Origin: Octopus bimaculoides
Lineage: Eukaryota
Direction of reading: 5' to 3'
Assembly: GCF_001194135.2 (NCBI RefSeq)
Contig: NC_068999.1
Coordinates: 17,508,195 to 17,547,875 of the forward strand
DNA length: 39,681 bases
The notes under the pieces are model-generated. The model worked only from the letters and a program-made list of their open reading frames with translations, made no database searches and was not told the DNA's origin. Positions 1-12,279 of this stretch are shown one piece after another. A program made the translations under genes and the position numbers. Within the stretch, counting starts at the first letter, position 1; every line of letters starts with the position of its first letter.

Positions 1-237
1 CCTGCTGTACTCTTCCACCACAGCCTTCTCTCACTCTTACTTCCTGTTTCTGTTGTGCCTGTAATTCAAAGGGTCAGCCTTGTCACACTGTGTCAAGCCG
101 AATATCCCCGAGAAATACGTTAAGGGTACACGTGTCTGTGGAGTGCACGTTAATTTCACGAGCAGGCTGTTCCGTTGAGCGAATCAAGTGGAACCCTCGA
201 CGTCGAAAGCGACGGAATGCCAACAACAACAACAAAC
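1..237 (+). mobile_element. 3' body and tail of a tRNA-derived SINE (octopus-type family A), ending in (CAA)n
   Basis: Begins cctgctgtactc, continuing the SINE head that ends ...aaccctgctgt at 1341. Positions 63-215 are homologous to the tail of the SINE at 22521-22670 (ccttgtcac...ggtacacgtg...ttcacgagcaggctgttccgttg...tggaaccctcg). A simple-repeat tail caacaacaac lies at 221-237. Family assignment is from memory of octopus repeats. Confidence 0.8.
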
Positions 238-249
238 AATTGCGGTAGA

Positions 250-544
250 ATAGTAGAATGACTGGCATGATGCTGATAATAGTGAAGACGTTGCTTTTCT
301 TCATGATGACGATGGTGGTGATGATCGTCATCATCATGATGGCTATGATGACGACGACGACCACGATGACTACGATGATGATGGTGACGATTCGATGAGG
401 AAGATATCGACATGAACTACGACGACGGTGTTGATCATCCTTATGGCTATGATGATGATGATCAAGTTGATCATGATGATTGTTTTAATGATATTGATGA
501 TGATGATGATGTTGATGATGATGATGATGATGGTGATGATGATG
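250..544. repeat. Degenerate (GAT/GAC)n trinucleotide low-complexity tract
   Basis: Directly visible gatgatgat/gacgacgac runs with substitutions, ending at an N-gap (545-554). Confidence 0.9.
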
Positions 545-554
545 NNNNNNNNNN

Positions 555-587
<33 letters not shown>

Positions 588-959
588 GTACACACATAGA
601 TATATACATTTTTACATTCTGAATTTTTTCTTGAGGTAACACTCTTCGTGGTAAGACGATTTGACGTCTATCTTTAGCACATTTGGAGTCCATCTTGGTG
701 GTCATTCCTCTAAATTTTGTATATATATATATACGCATACCATATATGTATATCAGTAGATGTTTATATTAACGTAGGTGTGTGTTTCTGTGATTTATAT
801 TTTTGCGCCTGGATGTATATGTACGAGAAGATGATGTGCGTGATAGAAAGGACAAAGAGAAGAATTGAATTGATATTAAAATGTGGATGATAAAACGAAA
901 TTCATAAATATAAATTGCAAACAATACATAAAAGGCTTCATGTTGACGGTCGTATTAAA

Positions 960-1175
960 TAGGATGAATAGGATAGATATGGGGATAAGGTTGATGAGAA
1001 GGATATCGATGTTACGTCGTTTGATAATGACGCGTATGATGACTATAAAGTAGTCAGTGAAATTACTGATGAATACCAAAACAATAGTAATGTTGATGAT
1101 GATAAAGATGATGATGATGATGATGATGATGACCATGCTGATGACGGGGGTTGTGGGTGTTGTGGTGGTGGTTGA
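960..1175. repeat. Decayed (GAT)n/(GGT)n low-complexity tract
   Basis: GAT-periodic sequence with a pure run near 1095-1131, followed by ggt repeats. Confidence 0.75.
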
Positions 1176-1195
1176 GTAAAATATATTGCGGTAGA

Positions 1196-1341
1196 GGAGG
1201 CGCAATGGACCAGTGGTTAGGGCAGCGGACTCGCGGTCATAGGATCGCGGTTTCGATTCCCAGACCGGGCGTTGTGAGTGTTTATTGAGCGAAAACACCT
1301 AAAACGAAGCTCCGGCAGGGGATGGTGGCCAACCCTGCTGT
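1196..1341 (+). mobile_element. 5' tRNA-like head and body of SINE family A, cut by an assembly gap
   Basis: Pol III A-box-like tggaccagtggttagg at ~1207-1222 and B-box-like gtttcgattcc at 1250-1260. These are followed by a non-tRNA body (gggcgttgtgagtgtttattgagcgaaaacacctaaa), not a tRNA 3' acceptor strand. Confidence 0.85.
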
Positions 1342-2083
1342 NNNNNNNNNNNNNNNNNNNNNNNNNNNNNNNNNNNNNNNNNNNNNNNNNNNNNNNNNNN
1401 NNNNNNNNNNNNNNNNNNNNNNNNNNNNNNNNNNNNNNNNNNNNNNNNNNNNNNNNNNNNNNNNNNNNNNNNNNNNNNNNNNNNNNNNNNNNNNNNNNNN
1501 NNNNNNNNNNNNNNNNNNNNNNNNNNNNNNNNNNNNNNNNNNNNNNNNNNNNNNNNNNNNNNNNNNNNNNNNNNNNNNNNNNNNNNNNNNNNNNNNNNNN
1601 NNNNNNNNNNNNNNNNNNNNNNNNNNNNNNNNNNNNNNNNNNNNNNNNNNNNNNNNNNNNNNNNNNNNNNNNNNNNNNNNNNNNNNNNNNNNNNNNNNNN
1701 NNNNNNNNNNNNNNNNNNNNNNNNNNNNNNNNNNNNNNNNNNNNNNNNNNNNNNNNNNNNNNNNNNNNNNNNNNNNNNNNNNNNNNNNNNNNNNNNNNNN
1801 NNNNNNNNNNNNNNNNNNNNNNNNNNNNNNNNNNNNNNNNNNNNNNNNNNNNNNNNNNNNNNNNNNNNNNNNNNNNNNNNNNNNNNNNNNNNNNNNNNNN
1901 NNNNNNNNNNNNNNNNNNNNNNNNNNNNNNNNNNNNNNNNNNNNNNNNNNNNNNNNNNNNNNNNNNNNNNNNNNNNNNNNNNNNNNNNNNNNNNNNNNNN
2001 NNNNNNNNNNNNNNNNNNNNNNNNNNNNNNNNNNNNNNNNNNNNNNNNNNNNNNNNNNNNNNNNNNNNNNNNNNNNNNNNNNN

Positions 2084-2141
2084 GATGATCAAGTTGATCA
2101 TGATGATTGTTTTAATGATATTGATGATGATGATGATGTTG

Positions 2142-2212
<71 letters not shown>

Positions 2213-2240
2213 ACATGATGAAAATTTCGTTGATGATGAT
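2084..2240. repeat. (GAT)n microsatellite; first 88 bp identical to 457-544
   Basis: Direct comparison: gatgatcaagttgatcatgatgattgttttaatgatattgatg... occurs at both positions. Confidence 0.9.
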
Positions 2241-5200
2241 TTTGATGATGTAGATTTCGCAGTAGAGGAATATTGATTATATGTTACATTGAAAATAATA
2301 TTTCTTTACTTTATTTTTCCATTATTTTGTTTATTTACATCATCTTGTTTCTACAGCAGTGATACCAAATATATTTTAATCCTTTTTCTGCCTAGTAGAC
2401 CGATATTTGTAACAGGATTTTCACTGTTTGTACAAGACAAAGTAAAGAAACGAAAAGCAACAAAGAATAGACATATATATATGTGTGTGTGTGTTTGTGT
2501 GTGTATAAATGTGCGTGTGTGTGTGTGTGTGTTTATATNNNNNNNNNNNNNNNNNNNNNNNNNNNNNNNNNNNNNNNNNNNNNNNNNNNNNNNNNNNNNN
2601 NNNNNNNNNNNNNNNNNNNNNNNNNNNNNNNNNNNNNNNNNNNNNNNNNNNNNNNNNNNNNNNNNNNNNNNNNNNNNNNNNNNNNNNNNNNNNNNNNNNN
2701 NNNNNNNNNNNNNNNNNNNNNNNNNNNNNNNNNNNNNNNNNNNNNNNNNNNNNNNNNNNNNNNNNNNNNNNNNNNNNNNNNNNNNNNNNNNNNNNNNNNN
2801 NNNNNNNNNNNNNNNNNNNNNNNNNNNNNNNNNNNNNNNNNNNNNNNNNNNNNNNNNNNNNNNNNNNNNNNNNNNNNNNNNNNNNNNNNNNNNNNNNNNN
2901 NNNNNNNNNNNNNNNNNNNNNNNNNNNNNNNNNNNNNNNNNNNNNNNNNNNNNNNNNNNNNNNNNNNNNNNNNNNNNNNNNNNNNNNNNNNNNNNNNNNN
3001 NNNNNNNNNNNNNNNNNNNNNNNNNNNNNNNNNNNNNNNNNNNNNNNNNNNNNNNNNNNNNNNNNNNNNNNNNNNNNNNNNNNNNNNNNNNNNNNNNNNN
3101 NNNNNNNNNNNNNNNNNNNNNNNNNNNNNNNNNNNNNNNNNNNNNNNNNNNNNNNNNNNNNNNNNNNNNNNNNNNNNNNNNNNNNNNNNNNNNNNNNNNN
3201 NNNNNNNNNNNNNNNNNNNNNNNNNNNNNNNNNNNNNNNNNNNNNNNNNNNNNNNNNNNNNNNNNNNNNNNNNNNNNNNNNNNNNNNNNNNNNNNNNNNN
3301 NNNNNNNNNNNNNNNNNNNNNNNNNNNNNNNNNNNNNNNTATATATATATATATATATGTACACAAGCACATACACTCACATATATGGAGAGAGAGAGTG
3401 ATAGAGAAAGATATACATATATGTATGTGAGTGTCTGTGTCTGTGCGTGCACATACGTATGGTTAAACTTACTTGCACATATACGTACATAAGATCATTG
3501 ATACGAAACTATAGAGACTATTTGTTTACATAACAAGGATAAAAGAATTGTATGAATACTACAAAAAAAAATAGAAGTGTTAAAATATGGCTTCAAATTA
3601 TATTTGAGCTATTCAACAATGACTGTACAGTGAAATATCTTTAGTTTCTCCATCAAAACCAGTCTCATATTGAAACTGTTTTTGATCGAAAAAATACATA
3701 ATGAATAGTGTTTTCCGTTTAGTTTATACACGACTTTCGTTTAATTTCATGTTGTTTTCTCTGAAAGTATTACTTAACTCTGAATCTCTTTAGTAAAAAT
3801 CAATACATTACAAACACAAATGAAATTTTGAAGTTGTTTTCTCTTTGTTTATTTTACTTCAATAGCGTATTTACCCAACAATATTGAAAACTATCTTCTT
3901 GTTTGTATCTATTTCTTTGAAATTAAATTCATTTAAACTCTCAATGAAATTCATTAGAAACATATACTTTACGAATGACACACACATACATTTTCATGTT
4001 TGTATGTGCTTGTATGCGTGATTCTGTGTCGATTTTACGTTCGTATACGCACTTTTCATGCATATATTTTCTGAGAAACGAATATTAAAGTGAAGCAGGG
4101 CACATATCGTTACAAGTAGTTTATTGTTGCATATTAATTTGAATATTGTAATCCGTTTTTACTATCCAGGTTTACGGATTTTCTTATGAACTGCTAGAAT
4201 TCATTTGGATTTGCATATGAGATTTTATACAATAATCAACTTCACAGTAACATTGTGTCTTCTGTAAAATGTAAAGTTATTTCTATGTGTATTCATCAGT
4301 TGTATTATGGATAATTCAACACTATATGAACATGTTATAATCGTGTATATTTTCACTATGAAAAACTTGTCTTTTTTGTGTTCAACAATACTAGAATATA
4401 GAAAATAGAGATTTCACAATTTCAAGACAGTGGAATGTAAATTATGGAGATTGCTTGGCATTTCTAGCATGACACGTTACTACATGGAGCTTCCCTTTAT
4501 GGTGGACAAGTTATCGTATTAATATAAGCAGAAAAGTAATCTAATATACCAGCAATAAATATATATGTATTAACATATGTACACATATATTAGTGAGACC
4601 TTTGCTACCACTTTGACAAAAACAGATTTTGCGAACTAGTTGTTTCACAAAAGCCTGAAACGGAAGTGATAGACAAAACCTTGCGCTGATTTTACGTTCG
4701 AATTTTTACTTTGCTGTTTATTAGATTATTAGATTAGCTACGAAGGACTTGCATGGATCTGGATCTCTCTCTCTCTCCCTCCCTCTCCGTCTCTCTCTCT
4801 CCATCTCAATTCATTCTGAGAACCGGCTACCCTGAATACATTCGAATCGAGTAAGAATAAACAATACTTAAAATGAATGGAAGGATTCATGTCAAGGATT
4901 TCAATATTTTCTAGCAAGCTAAAATCACCATCTAAAGAAAGAATAGCAGCATGTTTCAAATGTCACAAAACTACTTGAGAGTCGCTTTATTCTGTCGACC
5001 TAAGAAAGATGAAAGAGAAAGGCTAACCCAGAATATAAATGGCCTTGACCACGATATGAAAGTAATTTTGTCCAAAAGTTCTGAGAATTCTGCTGCATGC
5101 TTTGTAATGCATGTCTATCATTGGCGTAGTTAGGATAGGGTGAACCTTTGTCGTGAAGGACAATTACAAACATAAAGACCTATGTTGTCTTGATTAATTG

Positions 5201-6150
5201 TTCATATCATTGAATAAGATGGACGGAAATCGAAGTCTATAAAATCGATCGTTCGTAATCAAATGAGAAATGGGACTAGAAGGTGTGAAACGTAAAATCT
5301 GCCCCCAGCAAGATTTGAACTCAAGAATTAAAGATCAGAAAGAAATTCACCAAGACTTAGAAAGCAAACAAAAACAATATACAATGGAAATTGAAGAAAA
5401 TCGCTGTCTCGGTACTGATATCCACCCTCCCTCGTTTATCCTGAATTTACAATGCTCTAAAAAATGAGAGATACGTGTTATCAATTTACATGATTAACAT
5501 ATAATTGAGTAAAGAAGGACGGAAGTCGCAGTTATCCACCCAGCCAAATTTAAAATTAGATCATAAAAGAAGAGATGAACTGAAACAAGGCATGGAGGCT
5601 ATCATTCTAGTGATTCTCTGCTCTCCACAGCCATCTAGTTCTTTCATAATGTGAACAAAAATAAAAGTGAAATGAATTATATCGATCAATCGTAATCAGC
5701 TTTAAAAAAGAACGTTTCAAAACAACACCAAGGAAGATAGTTCTGTCTGTGACTTGGAATATCTTCTAACTCTATGAGTATACACAATTGCGGTTTCGTA
5801 AAAAAAAAAGAAAGCCAAAAAATATGACAATAGAAAGTTATAGAGAGAGTGATCAAATAAATAAACATAATAACTATACAAAAATACACAAAATGTTAAC
5901 AATTATAACAGATAATAAAAAGAAAATAAAGTATAACGCATCAACACTATCTGAAACGATAGCAACCAATAGGAAACACTTCAAACTCTGTTATAGCAAA
6001 GAGTTACAATAAGAAGGACAATAATAAGGACAATAACATTATAACAGGAAATAGCCATAAAAACAGCAATCGATAACGTAAAGGTTAATAAACAATAATA
6101 AATACTAAACAGAAGTAGATAACCCTAGAAATGCTGGAGATGTAATGTTC

Positions 6151-6200
<50 letters not shown>
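6151..6200. repeat. (AAT)n microsatellite
   Basis: Perfect aat run. Confidence 0.95.
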
Positions 6201-6201
<1 letters not shown>

Positions 6202-9200
6202 GATAACAATACTCTTAGGAACTGTAACAACAGCAAACACCAGGTTCATGATGAAGATGATGATCAACAGGATAAGAATGTTGCTAATAAAGATGATGAT
6301 CATAATAATAATGTTATTGATACTACTAAAAATATTATTTAGATTAAAGAACTCGGAAGTACCATTCATTACAATGATCGTGAAGTACAGTCTTCTGAAA
6401 CACATGAAAGTTATGGTCAATCACAGACACACACACAACAGAGAGGGCAGTTGGTGGATGGCATTATAAAATGAACGTAGAATTTCTGATAAAATTGATT
6501 TGACAAAAATTATTGTTTTATCCCAACTGGATCTCGCAAGAGCAACTTCAGTAACAACTATAATTGATTCTAACTTCGGCACAAGGCAAGCAATTTTAAG
6601 TGTTGTTTATAACATCAGCCACACTACTTCATTTGGTATTTATTGTATCATCGAGGGTGAGACAATACCAAGATCAACTTTGATAGGATTTGAAATTGGA
6701 ATGGAAAGACGTGGAAGAAATTCCGCATAGCATATACATGGATAGAGCACAAAGATCACAGTCTTAATACGGAAATTCTTGTTTTCCATGAAACTACAAT
6801 GATATAAAATGAGACATAAATTTTAACAACATTGAAGATTAATGAAACGCTAGGACGTTATCAAACATAATGTTAAAAATAGCAGCTAATTTCCCTCAAA
6901 TTACACGCGACCGTCTTTAAAATTGGAAAGTCACATTGAATAACGTAGTTCCAACAGGCAAAGTTGTCTGAAAGAAAGAAAGATGTTGCAAACACGCATG
7001 GATAGTCTTTGATAATATGTTTACTGGATCAGATCTGACAGCAGTTAAACAACAGAAACAACATCAATAACAACAACAGCGACAGCTACAACAACTAACA
7101 AAGATCAAGTAATATAATCAGGTTGCTGTAACAAATAAAGCGTATATTAAAATGTCGTATCTCTTTGTTTTTCAATGAATTGTAATCTAAAGTATTTCAA
7201 TGAAACCACAAAATGACTACGAAAACTTAATTATTTATCAAGCGATACTTAAAAATCGCATTAAAATCACTCTGTTCGTTTTACAAAACCAATTTACTGC
7301 AAGAGGGGATTTCAAATTTCTATGTGTCGAATCCTTTTCAGATATTACAAAACCATTCAGTATTTATCTATCTCAAATATATTCCACAAAAATTATAGAA
7401 AAATGGAACAATGTCGTTATTGTATTAATAATATATGTTCATTTTCTGAATTATTCTGCTGACCGTAATGTGAATCTCTTGTTTGACAATACAAATACTT
7501 ACTAAAATCATTATACATATAATAACTTTGGCTTACACCAAGAAATCAATAGAACTATACAGTCTGAATTGTTGCTATATACTTCTTACTCTCTTACTGT
7601 ACATACGTAAGCTACAGACAGATTGGGTATACACAGGACTAGAATTACAGCCCTGCTGAATAAGGCCGAAATTAAAAATGCATGGTATTTATCCTGCTAA
7701 AACGCTTGTTGCAATGATACAACTTTGACGAATGTTCTCTTTGCAATCACAGATCAATAGAACAGGGCTAGATCGCACAGAAAACAGCTAGAATAGAAAT
7801 TATGCACAGGTGAAAGCCAACAATGCTTCAAAAGCAGTGTGCTAAAGGCAAAAGCAGGTTTATGTAACAAGTATAATGGGCCACTTGACAACATTCGTTT
7901 TGGCCTCTGATCCATAGTAATGACGACTATATACACAGACACGGTCAAGTCAGGTGCAACATCTATTTGGTAATATGCTGACGATACGTTCTGTAGTTGC
8001 AACGGACACCGTATAAACGTCTATAAAACGTTAGTGCGTGAATGGTATTTGAAAACACTCCTCAATAAATAATTATCAATGACTGTAACGGTAATGTCTG
8101 TCTTCTGACACGCATGGGAATTCAATTTCTTCAACCCCCACAAAAAATACTATAATGAATAACGATTAAGCAATGTAACGCAGCACATCTGCTACACAAT
8201 AACTACCCAATGAAATAGTACAGCGCATTATGTAAACCAACTGAGAAACTACAGAATAACACCGAAAGTTCAAAAAGAGAAATATTACCATCCAACAACA
8301 TAACTGAATACATCTATCATTGAACTCACCAAGCGCAATCACGTTTGATCCTATGTGATATTAAATCACAGACCTCTAAATGGTATAAAATAGTATATAA
8401 GAAGACAAAAATCCAGGAAAATAAACCAGCTCAACGTAAAATTACGCTGCATAATTGCAGTAAAACTGAAACAACATGAAAAGTAACACAACTCGTCCCT
8501 CAGTAAGGTTAACTGATGTAATGTATAAAGGTTAATTCACGTTCCGGAAAAGACAAGATACATGTGAAAATGCCTCTGAAGATGGTGTAGAAACTCTGAC
8601 CGTTTAAAATATACAAAAGATGAGAAAGAAGATTAAGACGAGGTAAGGAAAAGAATGAGTACGAAAACTAGCTCCAGTGAGAGATAACAGCTCTGTATCA
8701 AAGAAACTATAATAAACACAACGGTATGGTACTATGGAGCCGAGACGATATATCTAATACTCTTACAACTTTTTCATATAAAAAAAAACATAATTTTATT
8801 TTTGAAAAACAGTTGAGGTAAATTTGAAACAAGTCTCGGAATGTGATCTCCCATGATGCATCTGCAAATAAGTAGATTCCAACAACGAGGATCAAGGCAA
8901 TATATCAGTAGTTAATTATATGGTGTTAATGCGCTTAAAGAATACCTAGTACATAGATAGACTAGCTATTTGCAATGTACTCAGAAATATATATTACAAG
9001 ATGCATCAGAAAGAGATAGTGCGAATCCCTGCAGATATATAAAGACCCCGACATAAAATCTCACTGCTAAACATAAATAGTATCAATAATAATAAAGTAC
9101 ATATTTTCAAAGAGAATATAGAAGAGTAGAATTATCTAATGAATTGATTAGAAGTCACGACAATGGAATCAGACACAGCGTTAATACATGATAACTGATA

Positions 9201-9377
9201 ATATTACACTAGTAAGTAGCTTTGATAAATGTACCTGAGGCCTGTTGGAACGAGAGAAAGTAATTGGAAATAAAATCAATACGATTGCGTAATTAGATGA
9301 CTATCAGCCTACTGTATATTGGAAAGAATAAAGAACAAGTTGTAGAAGCAACGCATAAATACATATGTGTATGCGCG

Positions 9378-9394
9378 TGAGTATATATATATAT

Positions 9395-9453
<59 letters not shown>
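9378..9453. repeat. (TA)n/(CA)n microsatellite abutting a gap
   Basis: Directly visible; N-gap at 9454-9930. Confidence 0.95.
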
Positions 9454-10510
9454 NNNNNNNNNNNNNNNNNNNNNNNNNNNNNNNNNNNNNNNNNNNNNNN
9501 NNNNNNNNNNNNNNNNNNNNNNNNNNNNNNNNNNNNNNNNNNNNNNNNNNNNNNNNNNNNNNNNNNNNNNNNNNNNNNNNNNNNNNNNNNNNNNNNNNNN
9601 NNNNNNNNNNNNNNNNNNNNNNNNNNNNNNNNNNNNNNNNNNNNNNNNNNNNNNNNNNNNNNNNNNNNNNNNNNNNNNNNNNNNNNNNNNNNNNNNNNNN
9701 NNNNNNNNNNNNNNNNNNNNNNNNNNNNNNNNNNNNNNNNNNNNNNNNNNNNNNNNNNNNNNNNNNNNNNNNNNNNNNNNNNNNNNNNNNNNNNNNNNNN
9801 NNNNNNNNNNNNNNNNNNNNNNNNNNNNNNNNNNNNNNNNNNNNNNNNNNNNNNNNNNNNNNNNNNNNNNNNNNNNNNNNNNNNNNNNNNNNNNNNNNNN
9901 NNNNNNNNNNNNNNNNNNNNNNNNNNNNNNCTCTTAATATTTGTTTCATGGATCTATATATTTTTTTTTTTTTTTTAAAGTTAGATTTTTTTTCAATTAC
10001 CATCATATAGTTTTGTCTTGGAAAAAATGGACTGATGTCAGCAACTGATTTTTTTCTGTATGAAGTACACAGCAGCAAATTTTACCGTAGCATTATGGTA
10101 CTTTAGCTGAAAAATCATGATTTAGTTGTTTTAATGCTTACTCTCATAGAGGGAGAAAAAATACACAAGCGATATAACAAAAAAGTGGGAGAGGTTAGCA
10201 CGCTCCAAAACGTGAGGGAATGTTAGTAAAATCGAAGGCGTTTCTAACAGTGAACAAGAAATTACGGCATGGGTTATGTAATCACCTTCATCATTCATCC
10301 TTGCCTAAAATTTCGGAAGTTCAAGAGTGTTCATTATATTTTACAGTATCTTTCCTCCCACACTGTATATTATACACACACAGACACACTCACACTCACA
10401 CACACACACATACACGAAGACACACGTCCCAAAATAAACACATACACACGCATCAAAACACACACATCCGTGTTTGCGTGAGTCTCTGTGTGTAACTGTG
10501 TGTGTGTGAA

Positions 10511-10615
10511 AGCGTATGGCCAAGTGGTAACGTTGTTGCATTCATGGTTGCTGGGCAGTGGGGAGCTGTGTGCCCATGGCAAGCCCTTCCTTTAACAATC
10601 CTCTCTGTTCACTTC
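10511..10615 (+). mobile_element. Possible highly degenerate CORE-type SINE fragment
   Basis: A-box-like gcgtatggccaagtggtaa followed by gctgtgtgcccatggcaagccc, which resembles the CORE motif gctgtgtgaccttgggcaagtcac. No clear B-box. Confidence 0.35.
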
Positions 10616-11032
10616 GGAACCTCACATGTGATAGACCGTTTTCAGGCAAAGTCGAATTGATGGAATGACTAAGATAATGTAATGCATAATCGCTTGAACT
10701 CTGAACACAAATCCTTTTTGTTGACCGAAAACTGATGACTTATACATCGTCTGGTGTATCTGTGTATGTTAGAATACACGATGAGGGTTTTACATCCCTA
10801 AGCCAGAAATCGATCTTTAAGAAAAAAGAAACTTGTCACTGTAGCGACTAAGCTATCTGGTATTGTTATACGCAGGTGTCCACAATTCATTTACTTACTA
10901 GGCGGAAACGGATACATTAAAATATATTATATGTATATGTGTTTGCTGTGTATCTCCATCTCCATATGCGTGTTTTGTTATAAAGAAGTCTTCATTTATA
11001 TAAGTAACAGGACTCACGCCCTCGGACCGACC

Positions 11033-11185
11033 GCGGTTCGGCAAAAGGGGCCAATAGAGCAAGTAACAGTCTTTAAAATGAAATACTGGGGTCGATTTAT
11101 TCGACTAAAAATTCAGTGCGGTGTTCTAGCGTGGTCGAAGGCAGTCTAAAGACTGAAACAAGTAAAAGGCAAGTGATAAAAGATA
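11033..11185 (+). mobile_element. 3' portion of a common octopus-type interspersed repeat (SINE-like)
   Basis: gcggttcggcaaaag...tactggggtcgatttattcgactaaaa...gcggtg...gactgaaacaagtaaaag matches my recollection of an abundant octopus repeat 3' end. It may extend upstream to ~10890 (taggcggaaac plus an internal microsatellite). Not database-verified. Confidence 0.6.
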
Positions 11186-12224
11186 TATACGGATGTGTGG
11201 TTGTATATATATATATATTTGTGTGTGTATGTGTATGTGTGTGTGTATACATGCACATACATATATATAGACACATGTATATATANNNNNNNNNNNNNNN
11301 NNNNNNNNNNNNNNNNNNNNNNNNNNNNNNNNNNNNNNNNNNNNNNNNNNNNNNNNNNNNNNNNNNNNNNNNNNNNNNNNNNNNNNNNNNNNNNNNNNNN
11401 NNNNNNNNNNNNNNNNNNNNNNNNNNNNNNNNNNNNNNNNNNNNNNNNNNNNNNNNNNNNNNNNNNNNNNNNNNNNNNNNNNNNNNNNNNNNNNNNNNNN
11501 NNNNNNNNNNNNNNNNNNNNNNNNNNNNNNNNNNNNNNNNNNNNNNNNNNNNNNNNNNNNNNNNNNNNNNNNNNNNNNNNNNNNNNNNNNNNNNNNNNNN
11601 NNNNNNNNNNNNNNNNNNNNNNNNNNNNNNNNNNNNNNNNNNNNNNNNNNNNNNNNNNNNNNNNNNNNNNNNNNNNNNNNNNNNNNNNNNNNNNNNNNNN
11701 NNNNNNNNNNNNNNNNNNNNNNNNNNNNNNNNNNNNNNNNNNNNNNNNNNNNNNNNNNNNNNNNNNNNNNNNNNNNNNNNNNNNNNNNNNNNNNNNNNNN
11801 NNNNNNNNNNNNNNNNNNNNNNNNNNNNNNNNNNNNNNNNNNNNNNNNNNNNNNNNNNNNNNNNNNNNNNNNNNNNNNNNNNNNTTCTGTGTGTTTTTTT
11901 TTACGTGTGTGTGTTTGTGTGCATGTATATGCGAGTGTTTGTGTGTATACTTTTAAAATATATTTAGTTAATATATCAAATCATATTTAATGATAAGTAT
12001 ATAAAGTACAACTGAATATATAATTATATATAGAAATATGTATGAAATTAGATACATGTCCTGATACGTGTAATATATATGTGTGTGTGTGCGTGCGTAT
12101 ATATATATATACATTGTTATATATAACTATACAAATATACACACATACATATATATATACAATTGCATATATAAATGCCCCCCCACACGCATACATTCAT
12201 ACATATATACACACATGCGTACAT

Positions 12225-12279
12225 ACAAACATACATACGTACGTACATACATACATACATACATACATACATACATACA
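12225..12279. repeat. (TACA)n tetranucleotide microsatellite
   Basis: Directly visible. Confidence 0.9.

Noticed and set aside
1199-1270. tRNA gene
   Set aside because: It has A/B-box-like motifs but no complementary acceptor stem or T-run terminator, and it continues into a SINE body.
83-3492. Long ORFs in the ORF track (His/Asp/Ile/Met-rich and poly-X)
   Set aside because: They are translations of (GAT)n, (TA)n and (TG)n repeats and N-gaps.
4659-4668. ETS-like motif aacggaagtg as a promoter
   Set aside because: It is a single short motif with no supporting TSS or downstream gene.
4951-5467. Two short plus-strand ORFs (60 and 65 aa) as exons
   Set aside because: No recognisable domain, no convincing splice-site pair, and lengths expected by chance.
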